DNA of 47,314 bases from Bacteroidota bacterium (GTDB taxonomy: Bacteria; Bacteroidota; Bacteroidia; Bacteroidales; FEN-979), in contig JAPLDG010000214.1 in assembly GCA_026391845.1 (NCBI GenBank), forward strand, positions 16,019 to 63,332. The letters are read 5' to 3'. Below, piece by piece: positions 1-8,765 of this stretch. The notes beneath the pieces were generated by a model that was given only the letters and a program-made list of their open reading frames with translations, made no database searches and was not told where the DNA came from. The stretch's first letter is position 1. Every line of letters starts with the position of its first letter. The translations under genes and the position numbers were made by a program.

Positions 1-1
1 G

Positions 2-157
2 GGAAACCCCGATTATGCCATTGCATATTTTAACCGAGGACTCGTATTTCTCAACTCCGGGAAAAGAGACCTCGCATGCGCTGACCTTCAGAAGGCTGTA
101 AAACTGGGTTATACAGCTGCTTATCCGATCTTTAAAAAGGAGTGTGAAAACAAGTAA
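2..157 (+). CDS. C-terminal end of a TPR-repeat protein (5' partial)
   Basis: Frame from nt 2 reads GNPDYAIAYFNRGLVFLNSGKRDLACADLQKAVKLGY...CENK*, a TPR consensus (AYFNRG...A..DL.KA..L). TAA at 155-157, 1 nt before the next ATG. Confidence 0.8.
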   Translation, partial: GNPDYAIAYFNRGLVFLNSGKRDLACADLQKAVKLGYTAAYPIFKKECENK

Positions 158-158
158 T

Positions 159-2633
159 ATGAAGCCAAACTCAACAAATAAGCCATCAACCAAGCCAATA
201 CCAAAGGCACCCGTCACCAAAGCACCCGTTAAAGCGACTCCCAGGCCTTCTTTCCTCGATTCATTCATGGAAAAAAATGGCTTATGGACTACCATAGGAC
301 TGGTTTTGCTGCTGATCATGATCATTTTCCACAAATTTATTTTCGGAAATTCGTTTTATCTTTTTAAAGACATTGGAAGTGATACGCTAAACGGAGTTTT
401 TCCAAATTGGGTTTGTGCTTCAAATTATTTTCGTACCGATGGATTTCCAACCTGGTCCTTTTCGCAAGGTATGGGCCAGAATATTTTATGGCCCACTTTT
501 ATGGATGTCTTTTACAGTATTGTTTATTTCGTTGATCCACATAATATTGCAGGGGCGATTATCTGGATGGAAATTGCAAAACTACTGGTAACAGCCGCTT
601 TGATGTATCATTTTTTTAAACTTTGGAAAATCTCCAATTTTGCTGCGTCAACCGGAACCCTGCTCTATTGTTTCAGCGGGTTTATGATCGTTGGCGGAAG
701 TTGGATACAATTCTCAACAGAAGCAACCTATCTGGCTTTCCTTCTATTCTCATTTGAAAAATTATATCGTCAGGACTCTTGGTATCTGTTTCCAATTGCG
801 GTTGCCTTAATTCCAATCTTTCAACCATTTAACTTGTTTTTTTACGGACTGTTCCTAATCCTCTATTACCTGTTCCGGTTTTTCTCATCAGAGGAAAACA
901 CCTTAAAACAGTTTTGGGTTTTAACAGGGAAAATGGCTGCTTTAAGCTTGCTTGGGGTTTTCATGTCCGGATTTTTAACATTGAGCCCCTTGCAACTAAT
1001 TCTTGACAGCCCAAGGGTTGGAGGCAACTCAACCTATTTCAATAAACTTCTGTCGTTCCCTGTTTTCGGATTTGAAGGAGCATCGTACTATACTACCGCT
1101 GCATTGCGTTTATTTTCCAATGATATTTTAGGGAATGGAAGCAGTTTCAGAGGATGGTACAACTACCTTGAGGCTCCGTTGTTTTACATAGGACTACTGC
1201 CATTGCTATTGGCGCCTCAGGTTTTTATTCATTTGACAAATAGAAAAAGGATCGTCTATTCCATCTTCTTTCTGATATTTTTCATCCCGGTTGTTTTTCC
1301 GTATTTTCGTTATGCATTCTGGCTTTTCACCGGCGATTATTTTCGTGGTTTCTCGTTGTTTTGTTCCCTTCCTCTATTGTTTTTCAGCCTGAGCGCGCTT
1401 GACGGTATTGAGAAATCAAGAAAAATTAATTTGGTTTTGCTGATTGTTACCGCTGTCGTATTGCTTGGAGTTTTATACTTTCCGTATCCTTTTGCTGATC
1501 AGATCATCCAGGAGGGCATTCGTTCAACTATCCGGAATTTTCTGGTTATCTATACGGTTATTCTGGTATTATTCAACATAACCGGATTACAATCTGTCAG
1601 TAAGTATCTTTTACTTTTCTTTCTGCTGATTGAGATCGGATACCTGAACCTTCGCACTGAAGACGAACGTACCACCATGACCAGTATTGAAATGAAACAA
1701 AAGACCGGATATAATGATTTTACGGTGGATGCAGTTTCATACATTCATGGCAATGACAAAGGATTTTTCAGGGTAAACAAGGATTTCACCTCCAATCCGG
1801 CGATTCATTCAAGTTTGAATAATGCAAAAGTTCAGGACTATTACGGCACATCTTCCTATCATAGTTTTAACCAAAAATATTATATCCGGTTTATGGAAGA
1901 AATGGGTATTCTCAAGAAGGGAATTGAAGCGCAGAGCAGATGGGCGGCGGGTTTATTACATGAGCCGTTGCTATTAAACCTTGCCAGCAACAAATACCAT
2001 CTTGCAACAAACCCAAACTCAGTGTCTTTGTATAGAAATTTTGGATATGATTCTGTCGGGGCGTTTGGGAATATTGCCGTATTAAAAAACAAATTTTTTA
2101 TACCTCTTGGATTTACCTATTCACAATACATACCCATAAGTGACTTTTTAAAACTTCCGCGATCCCGAAAAGATCAGATTTTGCAACGTGCATTTGTTGC
2201 GGAAGAGCCATTGGATCCATCGCTTAAAGATTTGCGTGCCATCACGGCTGCAGATACCGTTCCTGTTTACACATACAATCTGTATTTTGACGATATTGCT
2301 GCCCTTAAACGGGACACATTTGCCATTGGTCAATTTAGTCAGAAGCATATCACCGGTAAGATTTCTGTGGATTCGACGAAATTTCTGTTTTTCAGTATCC
2401 CGTATGATAAAGGTTGGAATGCGAAAATAAACGGGAAAAAAGTCGAACCCGTTTTATCCAATCTGGGTTTTATGGGATTTTTGCTTAAACCCGGGCAATA
2501 TGAGGTCGATTTGCAATACACACCTCTGTATTTTAATGCCAGTATTGTTGTCTCTGTCATAGCGATCATGGGTTATCTTATCCTCCTGGTCGTAACAACG
2601 CTGGCCAAGAAGAAAAAGATCGTTAGTCCATGA
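159..2633 (+). CDS. YfhO-family polytopic membrane protein (GT-C-fold glycosyltransferase candidate)
   Basis: About 825 aa with many TM segments. The N-terminal D-containing loop (DIGSD...W...GMGQN) and the C-terminal 'FSIPYDKGWNAKING...GFMGF.L..G...V.L.Y.P' plus final TM are typical of YfhO. ATG at 159 preferred over GTG at 144. Confidence 0.8.
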   Translation: MKPNSTNKPSTKPIPKAPVTKAPVKATPRPSFLDSFMEKNGLWTTIGLVLLLIMIIFHKFIFGNSFYLFKDIGSDTLNGVFPNWVCASNYFRTDGFPTWSFSQGMGQNILWPTFMDVFYSIVYFVDPHNIAGAIIWMEIAKLLVTAALMYHFFKLWKISNFAASTGTLLYCFSGFMIVGGSWIQFSTEATYLAFLLFSFEKLYRQDSWYLFPIAVALIPIFQPFNLFFYGLFLILYYLFRFFSSEENTLKQFWVLTGKMAALSLLGVFMSGFLTLSPLQLILDSPRVGGNSTYFNKLLSFPVFGFEGASYYTTAALRLFSNDILGNGSSFRGWYNYLEAPLFYIGLLPLLLAPQVFIHLTNRKRIVYSIFFLIFFIPVVFPYFRYAFWLFTGDYFRGFSLFCSLPLLFFSLSALDGIEKSRKINLVLLIVTAVVLLGVLYFPYPFADQIIQEGIRSTIRNFLVIYTVILVLFNITGLQSVSKYLLLFFLLIEIGYLNLRTEDERTTMTSIEMKQKTGYNDFTVDAVSYIHGNDKGFFRVNKDFTSNPAIHSSLNNAKVQDYYGTSSYHSFNQKYYIRFMEEMGILKKGIEAQSRWAAGLLHEPLLLNLASNKYHLATNPNSVSLYRNFGYDSVGAFGNIAVLKNKFFIPLGFTYSQYIPISDFLKLPRSRKDQILQRAFVAEEPLDPSLKDLRAITAADTVPVYTYNLYFDDIAALKRDTFAIGQFSQKHITGKISVDSTKFLFFSIPYDKGWNAKINGKKVEPVLSNLGFMGFLLKPGQYEVDLQYTPLYFNASIVVSVIAIMGYLILLVVTTLAKKKKIVSP

Positions 2634-3460
2634 TTACCGAGCCGCTGGTTAGTATCTGTATTCCTTCGTATAACTCTGAGAAGTACCTCCAGGATACTAT
2701 TTCCAGTGTTCTGAATCAGACCTATCAAAATTTCGAATTATTAATAACCGATGATTGTTCCAGCGATAAAACAGTTGACATCATTCGTAGCCACAATGAT
2801 AACCGGCTAAAATACCATGTCAATGCAACACAATTGGGTGTTGAGGGCAATTGGAATAAGGCGGTATCACTTGCCAGCGGAAAATATATCAAACTGTTGC
2901 ATGCAGATGACATCATTTATCCGGATTGTATTTCGGAGCAGGTGCGTGTTTTTGAAAACGACCTTTCATCAAAGATTGTATTGGTAAGCAGTCATAAAAA
3001 CATTATCAATGAAGACGGAAAGGTTTTATTCATAAAACGCTATCCCGGCAAAACGGGGCATGTCAATGGAATTGAAGCAATAAAAAAGAGCATCCGCTTC
3101 GGTACAAATATTATCGGCGAACCAGGCATTGGCTTGATCAAAGCCGAAGTTTTGGCTAAATCAGGATTGTATTGTGGTAATAATTTGTATATGATCGATT
3201 TTGATCTTTGGAAAAGGATTCTGTTGTATGGGGATATCTTTGTCATCAACAACGTGCTTTTTGGCTTTAGAATTTCAAAAAAATCGATCAGTACAAGTTT
3301 AGGATTTTCTCAATTTACTCAGTTTAAACAATATTTACATATCTTTCCACCTGACAATGCATATGGTATTAATCGGATGGATAAAATCCTAAGCATGATG
3401 ATGGCATATATGTGGGGTTTGGGACGCAACTTGATTTATTTTATCAACTTTAAATTTTAG
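2630..3460 (+). CDS. GT2 glycosyltransferase
   Basis: PLVSICIPSYN, DDCSSD and HADD (DxD) motifs; ATGA overlap with the upstream stop. Confidence 0.9.
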   Translation: MITEPLVSICIPSYNSEKYLQDTISSVLNQTYQNFELLITDDCSSDKTVDIIRSHNDNRLKYHVNATQLGVEGNWNKAVSLASGKYIKLLHADDIIYPDCISEQVRVFENDLSSKIVLVSSHKNIINEDGKVLFIKRYPGKTGHVNGIEAIKKSIRFGTNIIGEPGIGLIKAEVLAKSGLYCGNNLYMIDFDLWKRILLYGDIFVINNVLFGFRISKKSISTSLGFSQFTQFKQYLHIFPPDNAYGINRMDKILSMMMAYMWGLGRNLIYFINFKF

Positions 3461-3463
3461 ATC

Positions 3464-4331
3464 ATGAAAATCTCAGTTATCATTCCAACTTATAATGAGG
3501 AACTTGTAATCACCGAAAGTTACAATCGCTTATCAAAGGTACTTGCTGATAACAAATATTCAGATTATGAGTTGCTGTTTATAAACGATGGCAGCGTTGA
3601 CCGGACGATAGATATACTGAAGGAGATTGCCGGCCGTGACAAGTGTGTCAAAATTCTTGATTTCTCCCGAAATTTCGGTCATCAGGCCGCAGTTACAGCC
3701 GGGTTGAACCAATGCCAGGGAGATATTGCCATAATCATTGATGCAGACCTGCAAGATCCGCCGGAGGTTATTCCTCAGATGATAGAGGTTTTCCGGCAAA
3801 ATCAATGCAATGTTGTTTATGGCGTGCGAAAGGCCAGAAAAGGAGAAAGCATTTTCAAGAAGCTGACAGCCAAAATATTCTATCGTACATTAAATTATTT
3901 ATCCGAAATCAATTTCCCGCTGGACACGGGTGATTTCAGACTGGTTGACCGAAAAATAATCGATGTATTCAAAAGCATGCACGAGAAAAACAAATATATC
4001 CGGGGACTGATCAGCTGGGTGGGATTTAAACAATGCCCGGTGTATTATGAAAGGGATGCACGGTTTGCCGGAGAAACAAAGTATTCGTTTTCAAAAATGC
4101 TCCGTTTTGCATCCATAGGGCTGTTCTATTTTTCAATAAAGCCGTTAAAATTAGCAACATCCATTGGCTTTTTAAGTCTGGCTGCAGGATTTTTACTGGC
4201 ATTATGGTTAATTTTATTTCGGGGGAGTTCAGTTGTTAACCATTGGGGTTCTCGGACAGTATATTGGAAGTCTTTTCGATGAAGTAAAGAATCGCCCCGA
4301 ATATATCATTTCTGAAAAAATTAATTTTTAA
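3464..4331 (+). pseudogene. GtrB/ArnC/YkoT-like polyprenyl-phosphate glycosyltransferase (GT2), frameshifted near 4212-4220
   Basis: ISVIIPTYNE, INDGSVD, FSRNFGHQAA, DADLQDPPE, GDFRL and RFAGETKYS motifs. The ORF stops at 4282, but the family C-terminus FGGVQLLTIGVLGQYIGSLFDEVKNRPEYIISEKINF* is in another frame (4218-4331). Confidence 0.8.
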
Positions 4332-4346
4332 TCCTAATTTACCGTT

Positions 4347-5039
4347 ATGATCGTATATGATAATTTCGAGGTTTTGCACATAAAAAAACCTGTAGATCGA
4401 CTAAATTTTTTTGAAACGAGTTCGGCAAACAAGAATGTTCTGGACTTGGGCAGTTATGATGAAACTGCATATTCTTTAAAGGTGGACATGGGTTACTGGT
4501 TGTTTTCCAGGCTTGAAAATGTTTGCAAATCATTGGTCGGTATAGATATTGCCTTGCCTTCGGATGAACTTTGCTATAAATCTGCCAAAATCATTAAAAT
4601 GGACATTTATGAGCTCAAGCAGAAATTAAATTATTCTGATATTGAACTTATAACAGGAGGTGAATTAATTGAGCACATTCATAATCCTTCCTCTTTTCTG
4701 GCATTCTTTAAAAAGGAATTCCCGTCTCATAACCTGTTGCTCAGTACGCCAAACGGTTTGTCATTTGGCAATACTTTAATGGCCTTGATCAGGAGAGAAG
4801 TTCAGCATCCGGATCACCTGCATGTTTTTACATACAAAATACTCAACACCTTATGTAAGAATGCAGGTTTTACTGAATGGGAGATCATTCCATATCATTT
4901 TTTTGCAACTGAACTAAAGCTTAAAACAAAGAATCGTGTCAAGCGCTCGTTTATTGTCTTGATTGAAAAGTTTATCCGTGGTGTGGAATGGTTATTCCCA
5001 TTATTATCAATGGGTTATCTTGTTAAAATTAAAATTTAA
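4347..5039 (+). CDS. Class I SAM-dependent methyltransferase-domain protein
   Basis: VLDLGS, GIDI, GELIEHIHNP and LLSTPN motifs, typical of glycan-cluster methyltransferases. Confidence 0.8.
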   Translation: MIVYDNFEVLHIKKPVDRLNFFETSSANKNVLDLGSYDETAYSLKVDMGYWLFSRLENVCKSLVGIDIALPSDELCYKSAKIIKMDIYELKQKLNYSDIELITGGELIEHIHNPSSFLAFFKKEFPSHNLLLSTPNGLSFGNTLMALIRREVQHPDHLHVFTYKILNTLCKNAGFTEWEIIPYHFFATELKLKTKNRVKRSFIVLIEKFIRGVEWLFPLLSMGYLVKIKI

Positions 5040-5065
5040 GTTTTATCATTCCGGGTGGTCAGGTT

Positions 5066-6298
5066 TTATACACTCATTTTTTTTAACCGAAATACAACAA
5101 GCAGATAACAAACAACTAAAAACACCCCAATCCCTGAAATCATAAACATCGCTTTTGATCCGATGGAATACCATAGCACACCAGCCAGAGAACTGGCCAG
5201 GAGGGTGAAAATGCTGGCCAGACTGTTGTAAAATCCAATGGCTGTAGCTGTGTCCTTTTTCTGAGCCATGTTTGAGATGAGTGCCTTTGAAATCCCTTCG
5301 GTACAGGCTGCGTATATTCCGTATAGAAAAAAAAGGAGTGCGAATATAGGCACGGAGGAGGTAAATCCCATGGATGTATAGACAATAGCAAACAGAAAAA
5401 GACCAATGATCATCATGGTTTTCAGACCGATGCGGTCGGCAAGAATCCCGACAGGATAGGAAAAGAGGGCATAAATCAGGTTGTAAAAGATATACACTCC
5501 GATCATCATGGAATCGGATAAGTTCTGCTCTTTCAGCGCAAGCAAAAGAAAAGCATCGGAACTGTTGAAAAGGGTAAATCCCAATAAACCGGCCACCAGA
5601 AAGCGGAACCCTGAAGAAGCCCGGGACCAGTATTTGAGGTAGGAAAAGAATCCGATGTTTCCAGGCGAATGGGCAGGCAGATGAGCGGGTGAATTTGCAG
5701 GCTGAACTTGCGGGCCAGGAACCCGGTCCTTTAACAAAAAGGTCAGGCCAATGGCGATAAGCCCCGGGAAAAATGCAATGAAGAACATCCATTGGTACCG
5801 GCCGGGATAAAACCAAAGAAAGATCAAGGCCAGAATCGGGCCGACGGCGGCGCCAATGGTATCGAGGGAGCGGTGAAAGCCAAAAACCTCCCCCTTGTGC
5901 TCAGGCGTAGTTTCATCACTTAACATGGCATCACGAGCGCTGGTGCGGATTCCCTTGCCAAACCGATCGAGGGTGCGGGCAAAGAAAATCCAGACCGGGA
6001 ATATGAACATAGCCATCATGGGTTTGGAGAGCGCGCTCAGGATATAACCTGCCCTGACAAACGGAACACGTTTATATTTGATATCAGAAAGGTGACCGAA
6101 ATAGCCCTTACTCAAACCGGCGGTAGCCTCAGCCACTCCCTCGAGGATACCGATCAGTAAAACTGAAAATCCGATGGACTTCAGGTAAACTGGCATGATG
6201 GGATAAAGCATCTCACTGGCAATATCGGTGAACAGGCTCACAAAAGATACCAGCAGAACTGTTTGGGTAATTATTTTACTTTTCACAAAAGCTCCCAT
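5066..6298 (-). CDS. MFS transporter
   Basis: About 12 TM; SLFTDIASEMLYP, G.LSD...R, DRFGKGIRTSARDA and GILADRIG (MFS motif A). Start placed at ATG 6298; GTG 6286 is also possible. Confidence 0.9.
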   Translation of the reverse strand: MGAFVKSKIITQTVLLVSFVSLFTDIASEMLYPIMPVYLKSIGFSVLLIGILEGVAEATAGLSKGYFGHLSDIKYKRVPFVRAGYILSALSKPMMAMFIFPVWIFFARTLDRFGKGIRTSARDAMLSDETTPEHKGEVFGFHRSLDTIGAAVGPILALIFLWFYPGRYQWMFFIAFFPGLIAIGLTFLLKDRVPGPQVQPANSPAHLPAHSPGNIGFFSYLKYWSRASSGFRFLVAGLLGFTLFNSSDAFLLLALKEQNLSDSMMIGVYIFYNLIYALFSYPVGILADRIGLKTMMIIGLFLFAIVYTSMGFTSSVPIFALLFFLYGIYAACTEGISKALISNMAQKKDTATAIGFYNSLASIFTLLASSLAGVLWYSIGSKAMFMISGIGVFLVVCYLLVVFRLKKMSV

Positions 6299-6302
6299 TT
6301 CT

Positions 6303-8687
6303 CTATTTCGCTGTTTCGCTGTTTTTAAGATATTCCCTGGCCACACCGCTCAGCTTATTATTCCAATGTTTACTGGCAACTTCCGCATATTTTCTCGTTT
6401 CCGTATCAACGTAATTCAGTTTTTTCAACAGGTTAAAAGCATTCATGCGGGTTTCGAATTCATATTGAGGGCTGCAATAGCCGATGAGTTCGGGCAGGTA
6501 TTCCATTTTTCCGCTTTTAAGGGCTACTGAGAGCCACATCATACGGATATTCTTTCCCCGCCAGCCTTCCATATCTCTCGTGAGATCAAGATATTGATCA
6601 ACATGCCCAGGAAAGGAAACACACAACGCTTCTAGGGCGTACTCGACGTTCAGGTAGCTGGAATCAAACAATAATTTCTCCACAGTGCTTTGCAGCAGAT
6701 CAGGTACCGGATTTAGCAACAGAAGGGCGCTTTTCCTAACATTGGCATCTGCATCACGCAAAGCCTCCCTGAATGTCTCGACTGATTCAGGAGAATGATC
6801 AGCAGCAAGCTGCTGCAGGATTTCAGACCGGATCAACCAGAATGTTTCTTTGTGAAATGCAGTAATCAGGAATTGTGATTTTTTGGAGACCGGTTCCGGG
6901 CGTAATGCGACCCAGGCATCGTACCGGTCGATCATGTTAGCTGCCCGCTGTGCCTGGGCAAGTAATTTTTCATAGGGTTGCACAAAGGTCGCCTTTTTCA
7001 GAATTTTCCGGTTGGGGTCAAAGAGCAGAAAGTCAATTGATTTTTTCTGTCTGTTTGGAACAGATACTTCCGTGTATTGTTTTTCAATCCATGTTTTCAT
7101 GTGATCGATATCGCCGTCCTGATAATGAACTTCAAATTCGACAGGCATTTTAAATAACCCGTTCAAATCATTGACTTTCTGCATCTGCCATACTTTAAAC
7201 ATGGTTGAAGGGTTCCCGAGGGAATCAACACAGATGGAATCTCTAACCAGATAGTCTGGTTCTCCCCCCTTCAATATCCACTCTTCAAAAAACCAGTTAT
7301 ATGGTTTTCCGGTTGATTCATACACACAACGCACAAAATCGTTTGTTTCGGAATATCCGAATGCGTATTTATTCAGATACCGGGAGATGGCATCCTGAAA
7401 GCCCTTTTCGCCCATCACATCTCTGAGCATTTCGAGCACCAGCGATCCTTTTTGGTAAACCCGCTGAACACCACCCTGACTCCCGCCTACTGGGTAATCA
7501 TTTTTTTTCGCTGCCTCGAAAACCAGACGCATTTCATCGTTGCGGATGTTCTGAAAATAATCTTCCCCAAAGATGCTTTTCTCGAACATTTTTGCATAAT
7601 AGGTCGCAAAACTCTCCGTAAGCCACACATCCCGGTTGACAAAATGGGCCACACAATTCCCAAACCACTGGTGTGCCAGTTCATGAACATTCACATTTAC
7701 ATAATTCCGTTGCCACCATGACCTTGGAGTGATCTGCATATAATCACCAAAAACAGTGCTGGTGGTCGTTTCCATAGCTCCATACATATAATCGATCACC
7801 GGCGCCTCTCTGTAAAGAGGATAAGGATAACCGAAGTCCAGTTCCTTTTCAAGGAAATCGAACATCAGCTCTGTGTACATATAGGTTGTGCCTACACGAT
7901 CGGGCATATCGGAGTAATACCAGAATTCAAGCGGCAATCCCCGCGAGGTTTTACCAGTTTTATAATTGTAATCGCCGATTACCAATGCTGTTGAGAAAAA
8001 CGGGTGATCCTTTTTCATGGCATAGTGCCAGGTTTTGGTCCCATCAGAATTTTCCGCAACATCCAAACGTTCCCCGTTTGAAAACACCTTGTATCTGCCA
8101 TCAAAAGTGATGAACATGTCAACCGTGATGCGCCCATCCATATAAGGAAGCCAGCCGTTTGGCCGGTGAGCCCATATTTGTTTGCGTTTGCCTGATTCTT
8201 CAGGCTGCCATCCGATGAAATAAATCGGACCGGCCAGGGGGACCGCAGAATAGGTAATGAGCAGGCGGGAGGTTTGTAAGATGCCTTGCTTTGGATTTGA
8301 CGGAAGCAGTGGAATGGAACCGGGATCAATAACCAGATTATTACCGGTTTGATGATATTTCACATTTTGATCATCTATGGTTACAGAAGACACATCGAAA
8401 TCGGGTGCATGGAAAACGATGGAATCAATGTGTTGACGGTTTGGCAGGAAAGTGAATTCGGCCGTTCCGGTCACCCTGTTTTTCACGGGTATGAAACTGA
8501 CATGAGCCGTGAGGTGTTTAATGGTAATAGGTAAATCAGGCGGAATTCCGGCCGGGTCAGCATAAAATGTAATTGTTTTATCCTGAGCAGCCACTCTTTC
8601 CATGTGAAAAAAGATTCCGATAGCAAAAAAAATAATGTAAGGGCAAAAAAATAAATTACGTGTTTCTCTTACAAATAGTGCGCTCAT
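6303..8687 (-). CDS. M1-family zinc aminopeptidase with C-terminal HEAT repeats, probably exported
   Basis: GAMET (GAMEN-like) exopeptidase motif, HELAHQWFG...WLTESFA (HEXXH-X18-E) and YQKG. HEAT-like 'ALRDADANVRKSA'; hydrophobic N-terminus. Confidence 0.9.
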   Translation of the reverse strand: MSALFVRETRNLFFCPYIIFFAIGIFFHMERVAAQDKTITFYADPAGIPPDLPITIKHLTAHVSFIPVKNRVTGTAEFTFLPNRQHIDSIVFHAPDFDVSSVTIDDQNVKYHQTGNNLVIDPGSIPLLPSNPKQGILQTSRLLITYSAVPLAGPIYFIGWQPEESGKRKQIWAHRPNGWLPYMDGRITVDMFITFDGRYKVFSNGERLDVAENSDGTKTWHYAMKKDHPFFSTALVIGDYNYKTGKTSRGLPLEFWYYSDMPDRVGTTYMYTELMFDFLEKELDFGYPYPLYREAPVIDYMYGAMETTTSTVFGDYMQITPRSWWQRNYVNVNVHELAHQWFGNCVAHFVNRDVWLTESFATYYAKMFEKSIFGEDYFQNIRNDEMRLVFEAAKKNDYPVGGSQGGVQRVYQKGSLVLEMLRDVMGEKGFQDAISRYLNKYAFGYSETNDFVRCVYESTGKPYNWFFEEWILKGGEPDYLVRDSICVDSLGNPSTMFKVWQMQKVNDLNGLFKMPVEFEVHYQDGDIDHMKTWIEKQYTEVSVPNRQKKSIDFLLFDPNRKILKKATFVQPYEKLLAQAQRAANMIDRYDAWVALRPEPVSKKSQFLITAFHKETFWLIRSEILQQLAADHSPESVETFREALRDADANVRKSALLLLNPVPDLLQSTVEKLLFDSSYLNVEYALEALCVSFPGHVDQYLDLTRDMEGWRGKNIRMMWLSVALKSGKMEYLPELIGYCSPQYEFETRMNAFNLLKKLNYVDTETRKYAEVASKHWNNKLSGVAREYLKNSETAK

Positions 8688-8703
8688 AAATACTTATTTT
8701 TAT

Positions 8704-8755
8704 TATGTTTGCCTGTGGATAAAATTCGATTCCACGTTGAGGTGATTCAAAAGTA
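8704..8755. promoter_or_regulatory. Face-to-face Bacteroidota sigma70 -7 elements
   Basis: TATGTTTG on + at 8704-8711 (towards the kinase) and TACTTTTG on - at 8748-8755 (towards the M1 peptidase). Confidence 0.55.
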
Positions 8756-8765
8756 GTAAAAAACA

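Noticed and set aside
5046-5816. 256-aa alternative-frame ORF overlapping the MFS gene
   Set aside because: No recognisable motifs; a shadow of the well-supported MFS frame.
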